DNA of 64,000 nt. Origin: Acidimicrobiales bacterium (lineage in GTDB: Bacteria; Actinomycetota; Acidimicrobiia; Acidimicrobiales; CATQHL01). Below the pieces are notes generated by a model. It searched no databases. It saw only the letters and a list, made by a program, of their open reading frames with translations, and was not told the DNA's origin. Shown one piece after another: positions 41,017 to 51,245 of this stretch. Within the stretch, counting starts at the first letter, position 1. Every line of letters begins with the position of its first letter. The translations under genes were made by a program, and so were the position numbers. The stretch spans positions 1,604,596-1,668,595 of the forward strand of contig OZ220687.1 of assembly GCA_965116465.1 (NCBI GenBank). Reading direction: 5' to 3'.

Positions 41017-41612
41017 CAGGCCTCGACTCCTTCTCGTACCAGCGGTCGGCCGTAGCGGGACGCCGGCTCCGGCACCTCCACGGGCGGGCGGTCTCGGTTC
41101 TGCCACATGACGTGGATGGCAATCTGGCCCACCAGGAACAGGCCGTAGATGACCGTGGCGACGACGTCGCGGGCGACTCGATAGGTCAGATCGAACGGAA
41201 GTGCCCAGGTCAGCAGGTTCTGTCCCGGTGCCCACCAGCCCGGCAGCGCCGGACCGACCAGCATGCGGTCGGCACGCCAGTTCAACTCGCTGTCGGCGAA
41301 CACCAGCCACCAGTGCGGCACCACGCCGTAGATCCAGAACATCAGGAAGAACGCCAGCGTGGCGCCGACCATGGCGCCGCCCCAGGTCACGGGCTCCCCC
41401 GGCTCCCGGCGGCGGGCGTACCAGAGAACGCCGTAGATCCCCAGGCAGCTCACGACCCACGAGGACGTGAAGGCCACATTGAAGTACGGCGGATCGGCGT
41501 CCCGGGTGATTCCCAGCCAGAGGGCGAGCACGCCGAACAGCAGCACCGAACTGCCGACCATGGCGCGGGTGAACTTCTTCGCCGCTACATCGATCGCCCG
41601 GATTTCAGCCAC
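41016..41612 (-). CDS. Uncharacterised polytopic membrane protein, first gene of the Rieske/cytochrome b cluster
   Basis: In-frame GTG at 41612 is preceded by GAGGGAG plus 4 nt and gives 198 aa with about 4-5 Trp-rich hydrophobic segments. No family recognised. Confidence 0.65.
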   Translation of the reverse strand: MAEIRAIDVAAKKFTRAMVGSSVLLFGVLALWLGITRDADPPYFNVAFTSSWVVSCLGIYGVLWYARRREPGEPVTWGGAMVGATLAFFLMFWIYGVVPHWWLVFADSELNWRADRMLVGPALPGWWAPGQNLLTWALPFDLTYRVARDVVATVIYGLFLVGQIAIHVMWQNRDRPPVEVPEPASRYGRPLVREGVEA

Positions 41613-41684
41613 GCTGCTCCCTCTGGTTGACCAAGCGATGTTAGCCACGCAGGCCGCCCGAGCACACACACGGAACAAGTGCGC

Positions 41685-41702
41685 TCGTGAAAGTGCTCAC
41701 AA
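41685..41702. promoter_or_regulatory. Rex-operator-like palindrome TCGTGAAAGTGCTCACAA
   Basis: It matches the remembered Rex consensus TTGTGAA-N4-TTCACAA at 12 of 14 specified positions. It lies in the divergent intergenic region between the respiratory cluster (start 41612) and cytochrome c (41815). Confidence 0.4.
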
Positions 41703-41814
41703 GGAGTCTAGCCTGCTGTCGAGATCCCCACGGCGGCCGCGAGAGCGGCCGCACCGGCCCGCATTTGGCCGACGCTAGGATCTCGCCGGCGGCCGCCACC
41801 GTGCACGGAGGACC

Positions 41815-42636
41815 ATGACCGAAGTACCCGAGTATCTGCTCGAGCGGTCGCGTCAGCGACGCTTGGAGTTGACCGGCGAGGGCGGAACGGCCGAAGGTTC
41901 CCCCGCCGAGGGTGCCGCAACCGCGACGCCGGCCACCACCGGCGGCGGCGCGCCTGCGGCGGCGGCTCCGGCGCGCTCACCGTTGCCGGCGGTGCCACCG
42001 GCGGCGCCACCCCCGCCTCCGGCGCCGCCCAAGCCCTGGGTGCAGGCCGCGCTCGGGCGCAACAAGATCCCCTACTGGGTGATGCCGGTGCTGCTGTTCC
42101 TGCCCATCTGGGTCTTCATGTACGTCGGGACCCTGGAGGATCCCACCCGGGCCGCAACCGGCATCGTGGCCGACGGGGCCGGGATATACGCGCAGGAGTG
42201 CGCTACCTGCCACGTCGCCTCGGGTGCAGGGGGTGGCACCGGGCCCCGGCTGAACGACGGCGAAGTCCTGCTGACGTTCCCCGACGACGCCGAGAACCTG
42301 GGGCTGGCCCAGCATGTCACCTGGGTGGCCATCGCCACCGACGGTACGGGAGAGGGCAACCCGTACGGCTCGTCCGAGCGAGGCCGGGTGGCCGGCTGGT
42401 TCGCCAACATGCCCGGCCACTACGACGAGCTGACCGGCACGGAGATCCTGGCGGTGGTGCTCTACGAGCGGATCACCCACGGCGAGAGCGACGTGGCCGC
42501 CACCCTGGCGCCGCTCGTCGACGAGCTGCTGGCCGCCGGAACCCTGGAACTTCCCGAGCACTTCGACGAGAACGTGACCCCCGCCGACGTGGCGGGGCTC
42601 CTGGCACCTCTCCTGGCAGCCGGCGACGGAGCCTGA
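41815..42636 (+). CDS. Membrane-anchored monohaem c-type cytochrome
   Basis: 273 aa with one CXXCH (CATCH), one central TM helix (IPYWVMPVLLFLPIWVFMYV), and an N-terminal TEVPEYLLERSR motif. Confidence 0.8.
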   Translation: MTEVPEYLLERSRQRRLELTGEGGTAEGSPAEGAATATPATTGGGAPAAAAPARSPLPAVPPAAPPPPPAPPKPWVQAALGRNKIPYWVMPVLLFLPIWVFMYVGTLEDPTRAATGIVADGAGIYAQECATCHVASGAGGGTGPRLNDGEVLLTFPDDAENLGLAQHVTWVAIATDGTGEGNPYGSSERGRVAGWFANMPGHYDELTGTEILAVVLYERITHGESDVAATLAPLVDELLAAGTLELPEHFDENVTPADVAGLLAPLLAAGDGA

Positions 42637-43883
42637 CGATCGCCCACCGCCACGATCTGGTCGTCGTCGGCGGTGGACCAGCCGGCGCGGCCACCGCCTA
42701 CTGGGCGGCACTGCAGGGGCTGGACGTGCTCGTGCTGGAACGCAAGCAGTTCCCGCGCGACAAGACCTGCGGTGACGGCCTGACCCCCCGGGCGGTGAAG
42801 CAGCTCGCCGACATGGGTCTCGGCGGCGAGATGGAGTCGTACCACCGCTTCGGCGGCCTGCGCGCCGTCGCCCACGGCCACACCCGGGAGCTCCCCTGGC
42901 CCGAGCACCCGATCTTTCCCCGCTACGGCTACGTGGTGCGGCGCAGCACGCTGGACGCCGCGGTGCTGGATCACGCCCGCAAGGCCGGGGCGCTGGTGTG
43001 GCACGGGGCCGAGGCCACAGAGCCGCTGCTGGCCGGCAGCCTCTGCCGGGGGGTGCGCGTCGTGGATCGCACCTCCGGTGAGCAGAGCGACGTGGAGACC
43101 TCGTACCTGGTGGTCGCCGACGGGGCGAACTCCCGGGTCGGACGAGGGCTGGGCTGCCGCCGCGAGCGCACCTGGCCCCAGGGAATGGCGATCCGCACCT
43201 ACTTCGAGAGCCCCAACGGTGACGATCCCTGGATCGAGAGCGCCCTGGACGTGCGCGACCGCAACGGCGCCACCCTGCCCGGCTACGGCTGGATCTTCCC
43301 CCTCGGGGACGGGACCGTGAACGTGGGCATCGGCCTGCTCACCTCCTACCGGGACTGGCGGAGCGTGAACACCAGCCACCTCATGGAGGAGTGGGCCTAC
43401 GCCGCACCCGAGCGCTGGGGTCTCGACCCGACGGCGCCGCTGGCGCCCCCGGTGGGGGGCCGCCTGCCGATGGCCGGCTCGGTGAACCCCAAGGCGGGTC
43501 CCAACTTCCTGGTGGTGGGCGACGCGGCGGGCTCGGTGAACCCGTTCAACGGCGAGGGGATCGATTACGCCTACGAGACGGGCCGCCTCGCCGCCGAACT
43601 GGTGGCCGAGGCGGTGATCTGCGACGACGGCCTGGCCCTGTCCCGCTACCCCGAACTGCTGGAGAGCACCTACGGGGCCTACTACAAGGTGGCCCGGCTC
43701 TTCGCCTACGCCATCGGCCGGCCCCGCCTCATCAGCCGCCTCGTGCAGTTCGGGATGCAGTCCCAGACCCTCATGGAGCTGGCGCTGCGGATCATGGCCA
43801 ACCTCATGCACGAGGACGACCCCGGCGCAGCCGAGTACATCTACAAGACCGCCGCCAAAGCCGCCTGGCTCTGGCCCGACTGA
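42633..43883 (+). CDS. Geranylgeranyl reductase-family FAD-dependent oxidoreductase (candidate isoprenoid-quinone side-chain reductase)
   Basis: Conserved sequence begins at DLVVVGGGPAGAATA (the FAD fold), with GDAAGSVNPFNGEGI further on. No ATG/GTG/TTG is available between the upstream overlap and the FAD motif. A CTG at 42633 forms a CTGA overlap with the cytochrome c stop. The start is uncertain. Confidence 0.8.
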   Translation: MTIAHRHDLVVVGGGPAGAATAYWAALQGLDVLVLERKQFPRDKTCGDGLTPRAVKQLADMGLGGEMESYHRFGGLRAVAHGHTRELPWPEHPIFPRYGYVVRRSTLDAAVLDHARKAGALVWHGAEATEPLLAGSLCRGVRVVDRTSGEQSDVETSYLVVADGANSRVGRGLGCRRERTWPQGMAIRTYFESPNGDDPWIESALDVRDRNGATLPGYGWIFPLGDGTVNVGIGLLTSYRDWRSVNTSHLMEEWAYAAPERWGLDPTAPLAPPVGGRLPMAGSVNPKAGPNFLVVGDAAGSVNPFNGEGIDYAYETGRLAAELVAEAVICDDGLALSRYPELLESTYGAYYKVARLFAYAIGRPRLISRLVQFGMQSQTLMELALRIMANLMHEDDPGAAEYIYKTAAKAAWLWPD

Positions 43884-44227
43884 GGGCCGGATGCGCCCGG
43901 ACGCAACGGCGGCGCTGTTCGTGCAGCCGAGATGGCTTTCGGCGAAGATCGCCTCGATGCGCTCGTTTCCGATGGCGCGGACCGCAGCGGCGCGTCGAAG
44001 TTGGGTGACTGGCATACCTCTGAGGCACATACGGCGCGCTATTGGGCGCAAACCTCGAAATGATATCTCAGCATCTATCCGAACAGATGTTGTGGCTGTC
44101 ACAGGGGTCCACTAGAGTAGGGGTACCGGTCACTGGCCCTTGCTTCGGCGGGGTCGGTGTTCCCCGACCGGCTTGTCGGTTCGGCCGACCTGAGCCCGTT
44201 CTGGATGTTGCCTTCGGGGGACGACCG

Positions 44228-45496
44228 ATGACCGATCTGGACCTCTCCACTGCCGAGTCCCGCACCGATCTGGCCGGTCGGGTTCTGGCGTCGTTCGATG
44301 CGTCGCTGGCGGGGCTGCGGGCGATGGACGGGGAGTGCTTGGAGGAACGGCTGCGGCTCGTGGGGCGTTGCGAGTCCCGGCTGGCTGCGGTGAAGGCGGA
44401 GACGATTGACGCCCTTGCCCGCCGGGATGGCGAGGCCCGTGCGGCGGACGTACTGCGCAACGATGTAAAGCAGTCCCGAGGGTCGGCCAAGCGGCAGGTG
44501 AAGGAGGCCGGACGGCTGGCGCAGGTGCCGAAGGTGGCTCGGGCTCTGGCCGAGGGGGCGATCACGCCGCAGCACGCCCGGTTGATCGCCGAGGCTGCCG
44601 AGCAGGCGCCTCCGGGGGCGCCGATCGATGAGGCCGAGTTGCTCACAGCGGCCACCGGGCAGCCTGCCGACCTGTTCGGCGCGACGGTGCGTGACCATCT
44701 CAACAAGCGCAGCGGCGACGACTTGAAGGAGCGCCGCAAGCGTCAGCGCGCCCAGCGCCGGCTCAGCTTCAAGCGCCAGCCCGACGGCATGTTCGAGTTG
44801 TTCGGCCGGTTCGATCCCCTCACCGGCAGCCGCATCGAGACGGCGATCACCGCCGCGGCGAACAAGCTCTGGCGTGACGAGGACCCCAAGAACCGCGCCA
44901 CCCCCCAGCAGCGTCTCGCGGACGCTCTCGAATCGCTCGTCACCCACGGCGACAAGGCCAAAGGAGCCGCCCAAGGCGTCGACCTGCTCGTCATGGTCGA
45001 CTACGACGTCCTCGCCGCTCAACTCGCCAATCCCCGCCTGGTTGACGGCACCCCGCTGTCGGCGCAGGAACTACTCCGCCTAGCCTGCGACGCCAACATC
45101 CTCCCGGCCATCTTCGAACAGAAGAGCCGGCCGCTGTGGCTGGGCCGCGGCAAACGACACGCCACCAAGCACCAGCGTTCAGTGCTCGCCGCCCGGGACA
45201 AGGGCTGCATCGGCTGCGCCACCTCGCCCAACTGGTGCCAAGCCCACCACGTCTGGCACTGGGAACACGGCGGCCCAACCGACATCGACAACATGTGCCT
45301 GCTCTGCAGCCACTGCCACAGCCTGGTCCACACCAACGCCGCCGACATCATCCAAGAGCCCGACGGTGGCTTCACGCTTCACCATCGGCGTCGCAGCCGA
45401 GGACCGTCGCCGGCTGGCAACGGCACCCACTATGCATCCATGTCCAACCTGCCAACAGGCAACGGCGCGGACGTCGCCCTCCCCCTTCGCTGCTGA
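44228..45496 (+). CDS. DUF222-type HNH endonuclease (13E12-repeat-like family)
   Basis: ATG at 44228 gives 422 aa with a C-terminal HNH motif (CQAHHVWHWEHGGPTDIDNMCLLCSHCHSLVH) and a long helical N-terminal domain typical of actinobacterial DUF222 proteins. Confidence 0.8.
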   Translation: MTDLDLSTAESRTDLAGRVLASFDASLAGLRAMDGECLEERLRLVGRCESRLAAVKAETIDALARRDGEARAADVLRNDVKQSRGSAKRQVKEAGRLAQVPKVARALAEGAITPQHARLIAEAAEQAPPGAPIDEAELLTAATGQPADLFGATVRDHLNKRSGDDLKERRKRQRAQRRLSFKRQPDGMFELFGRFDPLTGSRIETAITAAANKLWRDEDPKNRATPQQRLADALESLVTHGDKAKGAAQGVDLLVMVDYDVLAAQLANPRLVDGTPLSAQELLRLACDANILPAIFEQKSRPLWLGRGKRHATKHQRSVLAARDKGCIGCATSPNWCQAHHVWHWEHGGPTDIDNMCLLCSHCHSLVHTNAADIIQEPDGGFTLHHRRRSRGPSPAGNGTHYASMSNLPTGNGADVALPLRC

Positions 45497-45640
45497 AGGT
45501 CACGACCTCCAGCGGATGACCGGCCTCGCCCGGCCGAGCGAACATTCGCCGAAGTAGGGCACGCCAGGGATAGGGGCGGATCGACTGCGGGCAGAGCCGG
45601 ACGCCCAACCAGCGGTCCACGCCCGGCGCACGACGAGTGA

Positions 45641-47539
<1,899 letters not shown>

Positions 47540-47602
47540 GCGGCCGCAGGGCCCCGCTCGCCATCGCTGAACAAGCCGAACCACTCGACCGACGAGGTGC
47601 CT

Positions 47603-48829
47603 ATGGGAAAGTTCGCGATCGGCCTTCTCGGCCTGTTCCGGAGGATCTTGCTGCTCGTCCGGAGGCTTCGAGGCCACACGCCCGATGACGTGGCCGACCG
47701 CCGCGTCGTCAGCGGCCAGTCCTGGAACGAGTTCTGTGATGCGCTGAAGGCGGCCGGGGCCGCTCTGAGTTTTCCCGACACCCCGCGGGATCCGTTCAAT
47801 CAAGCCGAGGGATACCGCTACCTGAGCCGTCTCGCCCGTGCCGGGCTGATGGCGTTCGTCGAGCACGCCGACCCCGCAGCGCCGGTGCTGCATCGCGTCG
47901 TCGACGAGACCACCAAGATGGGCGCGGACAATCCCGACAACTTCTACCTGACAGCCGCGCTGGACGGCGGCTACGACTACAGGATCACCGGGCGTCGCAA
48001 CACGATCGCCTACTTGAGCTTCGGGACCCAGTCCGGCCACTACGGTCAGGGTGGTGGCCTTCCCCCGACCGGGTACATCGAGTCCGATGAGATCGAGATG
48101 GACACCGACGGCTGCTTCGAGCTGGTGGTGAGTTCCAACCCCAGCGACGGCAACTGGCTCCCGATGACGCCGGAGACCGGGGCCCTGGTGGTCCGCCAGA
48201 CCTTCGGTGACCGCGACGCGGAAACTCCGGCGGAGCTGACCATCGAGCGCATCAACTGCGCCGACGAGGGACGCCACGCCTCCCACCTCACGGCGCGAGC
48301 CCTCGACGAGGGGCTGCGGAAGGCCGGGGCGCTGGTGGCCGGCGCGCCGCTCCTGTTCGCCAAGTGGGCGCGTGACTTCCAGAAGCACAGCAACGAGCTG
48401 CCGATGTTCGACCCGCAGGTGTCACGGGCCGCCGGCGGCGATCCGAACATCACCTACTACCACAGCCACTGGGCGATCGGCCCCGACGAGGCCCTGCTGA
48501 TAGAGGTCACACCGCCGGAATGCGAGCACTGGAACTTCCAGTTGAACAACTACTGGATGGAGTCGCTGGACTACCGCCACTTCAGGATCCACACCAACAA
48601 GCACCTCGCCCACTACGCCACCGACGGCTCGGTGCGTCTGATCGTGGCGCACCGGGATCCCGGCCTCCCCAACTGGATCGAGACCGCGGGCCACACCTCG
48701 GGCACCATGTGTTTCCGGTGGGTGCGGGCGAAGGAGCACCCGCAACCCCGGACCCGGCTCGTCAAGCTGGACAGCCTTCCGGAGGCGGCGGCGCGGGAGA
48801 TCGGCCCCGCAGTCGGGGGTAGCGCGTGA
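47603..48829 (+). CDS. Conserved hypothetical protein (DUF1214-like by recollection)
   Basis: ATG at 47603 is preceded by GACGAGG plus 5 nt. The stop overlaps the sulfotransferase start (GTGA). The family call comes from the remembered pattern EGYRYL...ADNPDNFY and is unverified. Confidence 0.6.
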   Translation: MGKFAIGLLGLFRRILLLVRRLRGHTPDDVADRRVVSGQSWNEFCDALKAAGAALSFPDTPRDPFNQAEGYRYLSRLARAGLMAFVEHADPAAPVLHRVVDETTKMGADNPDNFYLTAALDGGYDYRITGRRNTIAYLSFGTQSGHYGQGGGLPPTGYIESDEIEMDTDGCFELVVSSNPSDGNWLPMTPETGALVVRQTFGDRDAETPAELTIERINCADEGRHASHLTARALDEGLRKAGALVAGAPLLFAKWARDFQKHSNELPMFDPQVSRAAGGDPNITYYHSHWAIGPDEALLIEVTPPECEHWNFQLNNYWMESLDYRHFRIHTNKHLAHYATDGSVRLIVAHRDPGLPNWIETAGHTSGTMCFRWVRAKEHPQPRTRLVKLDSLPEAAAREIGPAVGGSA

Positions 48830-50067
48830 CGTCGACGGACTACGCGAACCCGTATCGCCCCCTGGCGATCAGGTTGTTCAACCGGATCGGCAGGGCCGGG
48901 CGGAGCCTCGAGGGGCCCGGTCGGCTGGATGTCGATTCAATCGTCGACTCGGCGCGCCGCAAGACCGGGTTGACGGACTTCGGGGCGGACGGACACCTCC
49001 GTGCCCTGGGCGTGCTCGTCGAGTCGATCAACGCCGAGGCCCGGTTGACAGCCACCGGGCGGCTGATGCAGAAGTCGCGACTCTCCGGCGCGCTGGTCAA
49101 CCGGCTGCAGATCCAGGAACTGCTGAGGCGGCATCCGGAGATCGATGACATCTACCTCGGCGGGATCGTTCTGGTCGCCGGTCTGCAGCGCACCGGCACC
49201 ACGCTGCTGCAGCGCCTGCTGAGCTCCCATCCGGAGATTCGAAGCATCACAGGACCCGAAGTACTGCACCCGGTGCCCGATGTCGATGATGTCGAACGCG
49301 GCGAGAGAGCCCGTGCGAGGCGGGCGGTCCTGGCCAAGCGGGCGTTCTCCTATCTGGCACCGGAGTTCACGGTGATCCATCCGATCGACCACGACCAGCC
49401 GGAGGAGGAGGTCCTGCTGATGGATCTGACCTTCATGAGCCAGTCGGGTGAGGCCACCATGCACGTGCCGAGCTACTCGCGCTGGCTCGAGGGTGAGGAT
49501 CACACGTGGACCTACGAGTACTTCAAGCGGGTCCTGAAGGTGCTCTGCTGGCAGCGTCCCGGCCGGACCTGGGTGCTCAAGACGCCGCAGCACATGGAGC
49601 ACCTCGACGCATTCAGGACCGTGTTCCCCGAGGCCACGATCGTGCAGACCCATCGCGATCCGCGGAAGACGGTCGCCTCGTTCTGCAGTTTGGTGGCACA
49701 TGCCCGCGGCATGTTCAGTGACAGCGTCGACCCGCTGGAGATCGGCGAGCACTGGTTCCGCAAGACGCAACGGATGGTTCAACGGTCGGCACAGGTCCGG
49801 GAGGACGCGGGCGACCGCCGATTCATCGACGTCTCGTACTACGACCTGACCAGAGATCCGATCGCCGAACTCCGGCGGATCTGCAACGAGGCGGGGATCG
49901 CCTTCGACGACGTCGCCGAGCTCACGGCCAAACGCTGCATCGAGGCGAATCCGAAGGACCGCTTCGGCAAGCACGTCTACCGGCTGAGTGACTTCGGATT
50001 GAGCGAGCAGATGGTGGACGAGGCCTTCTCCTCGTACCGGGAGAAGCATGCGATCCCGATCGAATAG
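48826..50067 (+). CDS. PAPS-dependent sulfotransferase (Sulfotransfer_3 / Stf-like)
   Basis: 413 aa with a 5'-PSB-like loop GLQRTGTTLLQRLL and a 3'-PB-like motif THRDPRKTVASF. Confidence 0.8.
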   Translation: MTSTDYANPYRPLAIRLFNRIGRAGRSLEGPGRLDVDSIVDSARRKTGLTDFGADGHLRALGVLVESINAEARLTATGRLMQKSRLSGALVNRLQIQELLRRHPEIDDIYLGGIVLVAGLQRTGTTLLQRLLSSHPEIRSITGPEVLHPVPDVDDVERGERARARRAVLAKRAFSYLAPEFTVIHPIDHDQPEEEVLLMDLTFMSQSGEATMHVPSYSRWLEGEDHTWTYEYFKRVLKVLCWQRPGRTWVLKTPQHMEHLDAFRTVFPEATIVQTHRDPRKTVASFCSLVAHARGMFSDSVDPLEIGEHWFRKTQRMVQRSAQVREDAGDRRFIDVSYYDLTRDPIAELRRICNEAGIAFDDVAELTAKRCIEANPKDRFGKHVYRLSDFGLSEQMVDEAFSSYREKHAIPIE

Positions 50068-50117
50068 GCCCGCAGGCGTCTGCTGAGTAGGGGCTCGCAC
50101 CGGGGGTACCGATCACC

Positions 50118-51125
50118 ATGGCACCAGAATCCCCGAAGGCCCGGCGCGGCAACGTGGTCGACGCCATGATCAAGGCGATCCGCGACCTGAGGGATCTCAA
50201 GAACCCGGAACTCGGCCCGCTCCGCGATGACGAGCGGATCGACGGCAGGACCTGCCTGATCACGGGGGCCAACAGCGGACTGGGTCGGGCTGCGGCGATC
50301 GAACTGGCGAGGCGCGGCGGGAACATGATCCTGGCCTGCCGGCCGGGTCATGCCGGGATCTCCGACGAGATCGGGCGACTCTCCGGATCCGACGCCGTGG
50401 ACTTGATCGACGTGGATCTCTCCGATCTGCGCTCCGTACATCGCTTCTGCGACGAGCTGCAGCGACGGGGCACCCGCATCGACATCGCGCTCCTGAACGC
50501 CGGCTGCATGTCGCGCCGGTCACAGCGGACGCCGCAGGGATACGAGATCATGTTCACGGTCCACTTCCTGGCGAATCGGGTGATGATCGACCGCTGGCTG
50601 GCCGACGGTGTCGTCAACCCGTCGAGCCGGCCCGGCGAGACGCCGCGGATCGTCTTCGTGTCATCGGACTCGCACCGGTCCGCTCCGCCCATCGATTTCG
50701 ATCGCCTGGGTTCCTGCCCGGAGTACGGCATGTCTCAGAGCATGCGGCACTACGCCGGGAGCAAGCTGGTCCTGTGCACCTTCGCCACGGAACTCTCCCG
50801 CCGGTTGAACCCCGGCGAGGGCGTCGGCGTGGCCGTGCACGCGCTGTGCCCGGGAGGGGTCGCCACCAACATCGTCAAGGACGCGCCGAGGCTGCTGAAG
50901 CCGGTCCTGAACGCCTGGTTGCGGCGGTTCTTCCAGAAGCCGGAGGAGGCGATCGGACCGATCCTCCACCTCTGCTGCGCGCCGGAGGCGGGTAACTCCA
51001 CCGGGACGTACCTGCACATGATGCACAGGCGGCAGGTCTCGCCCGATGCGGCGGACCCGGACAACGGCGCCCGGTTGTGGGAAGCCAGCGAGCCCATGGT
51101 GGCGAGTTCCCGGCAAGCCCACTGA
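50118..51125 (+). CDS. Short-chain dehydrogenase/reductase family oxidoreductase
   Basis: 335 aa with the cofactor motif TGANSGLG and the catalytic motif YAGSK. Confidence 0.8.
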   Translation: MAPESPKARRGNVVDAMIKAIRDLRDLKNPELGPLRDDERIDGRTCLITGANSGLGRAAAIELARRGGNMILACRPGHAGISDEIGRLSGSDAVDLIDVDLSDLRSVHRFCDELQRRGTRIDIALLNAGCMSRRSQRTPQGYEIMFTVHFLANRVMIDRWLADGVVNPSSRPGETPRIVFVSSDSHRSAPPIDFDRLGSCPEYGMSQSMRHYAGSKLVLCTFATELSRRLNPGEGVGVAVHALCPGGVATNIVKDAPRLLKPVLNAWLRRFFQKPEEAIGPILHLCCAPEAGNSTGTYLHMMHRRQVSPDAADPDNGARLWEASEPMVASSRQAH

Positions 51126-51245
51126 TCCCACCCACCACAAACCACCGAGGGCGGGGGGTCGGGGGGTCGGGCTGCGACGCCTTTGGCCCGCCATGAAGGA
51201 GCAGAGCGGCACCCCGGACCCCCGCCCGGACAGGCGCCGACCGGG

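Noticed and set aside
42198-42632. The upstream extension of the geranylgeranyl-reductase ORF (listed start 42198).
   Set aside because: This part is an Arg-rich alternate frame of the cytochrome c gene and precedes the FAD-binding N-terminus by about 145 residues of non-homologous sequence.
43891-44115. Small ORFs in the 43884-44227 spacer. One is 43891..44115 +. The other is the minus-strand start of ORF 42462..44102, encoding MPVTQLRRAAAVRAIGNERIEAIF.
   Set aside because: No recognisable family. The minus-strand candidate has no stop until it has run 1.4 kb antisense through the reductase gene. The plus-strand candidate is Arg-rich low-complexity sequence.
51126-51245. A bidirectional terminator between the convergent SDR and hemL genes.
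   Set aside because: Only short G/C runs (ggggggtcggggggtcggg) are present, with no clear hairpin followed by a T-tract on either strand.
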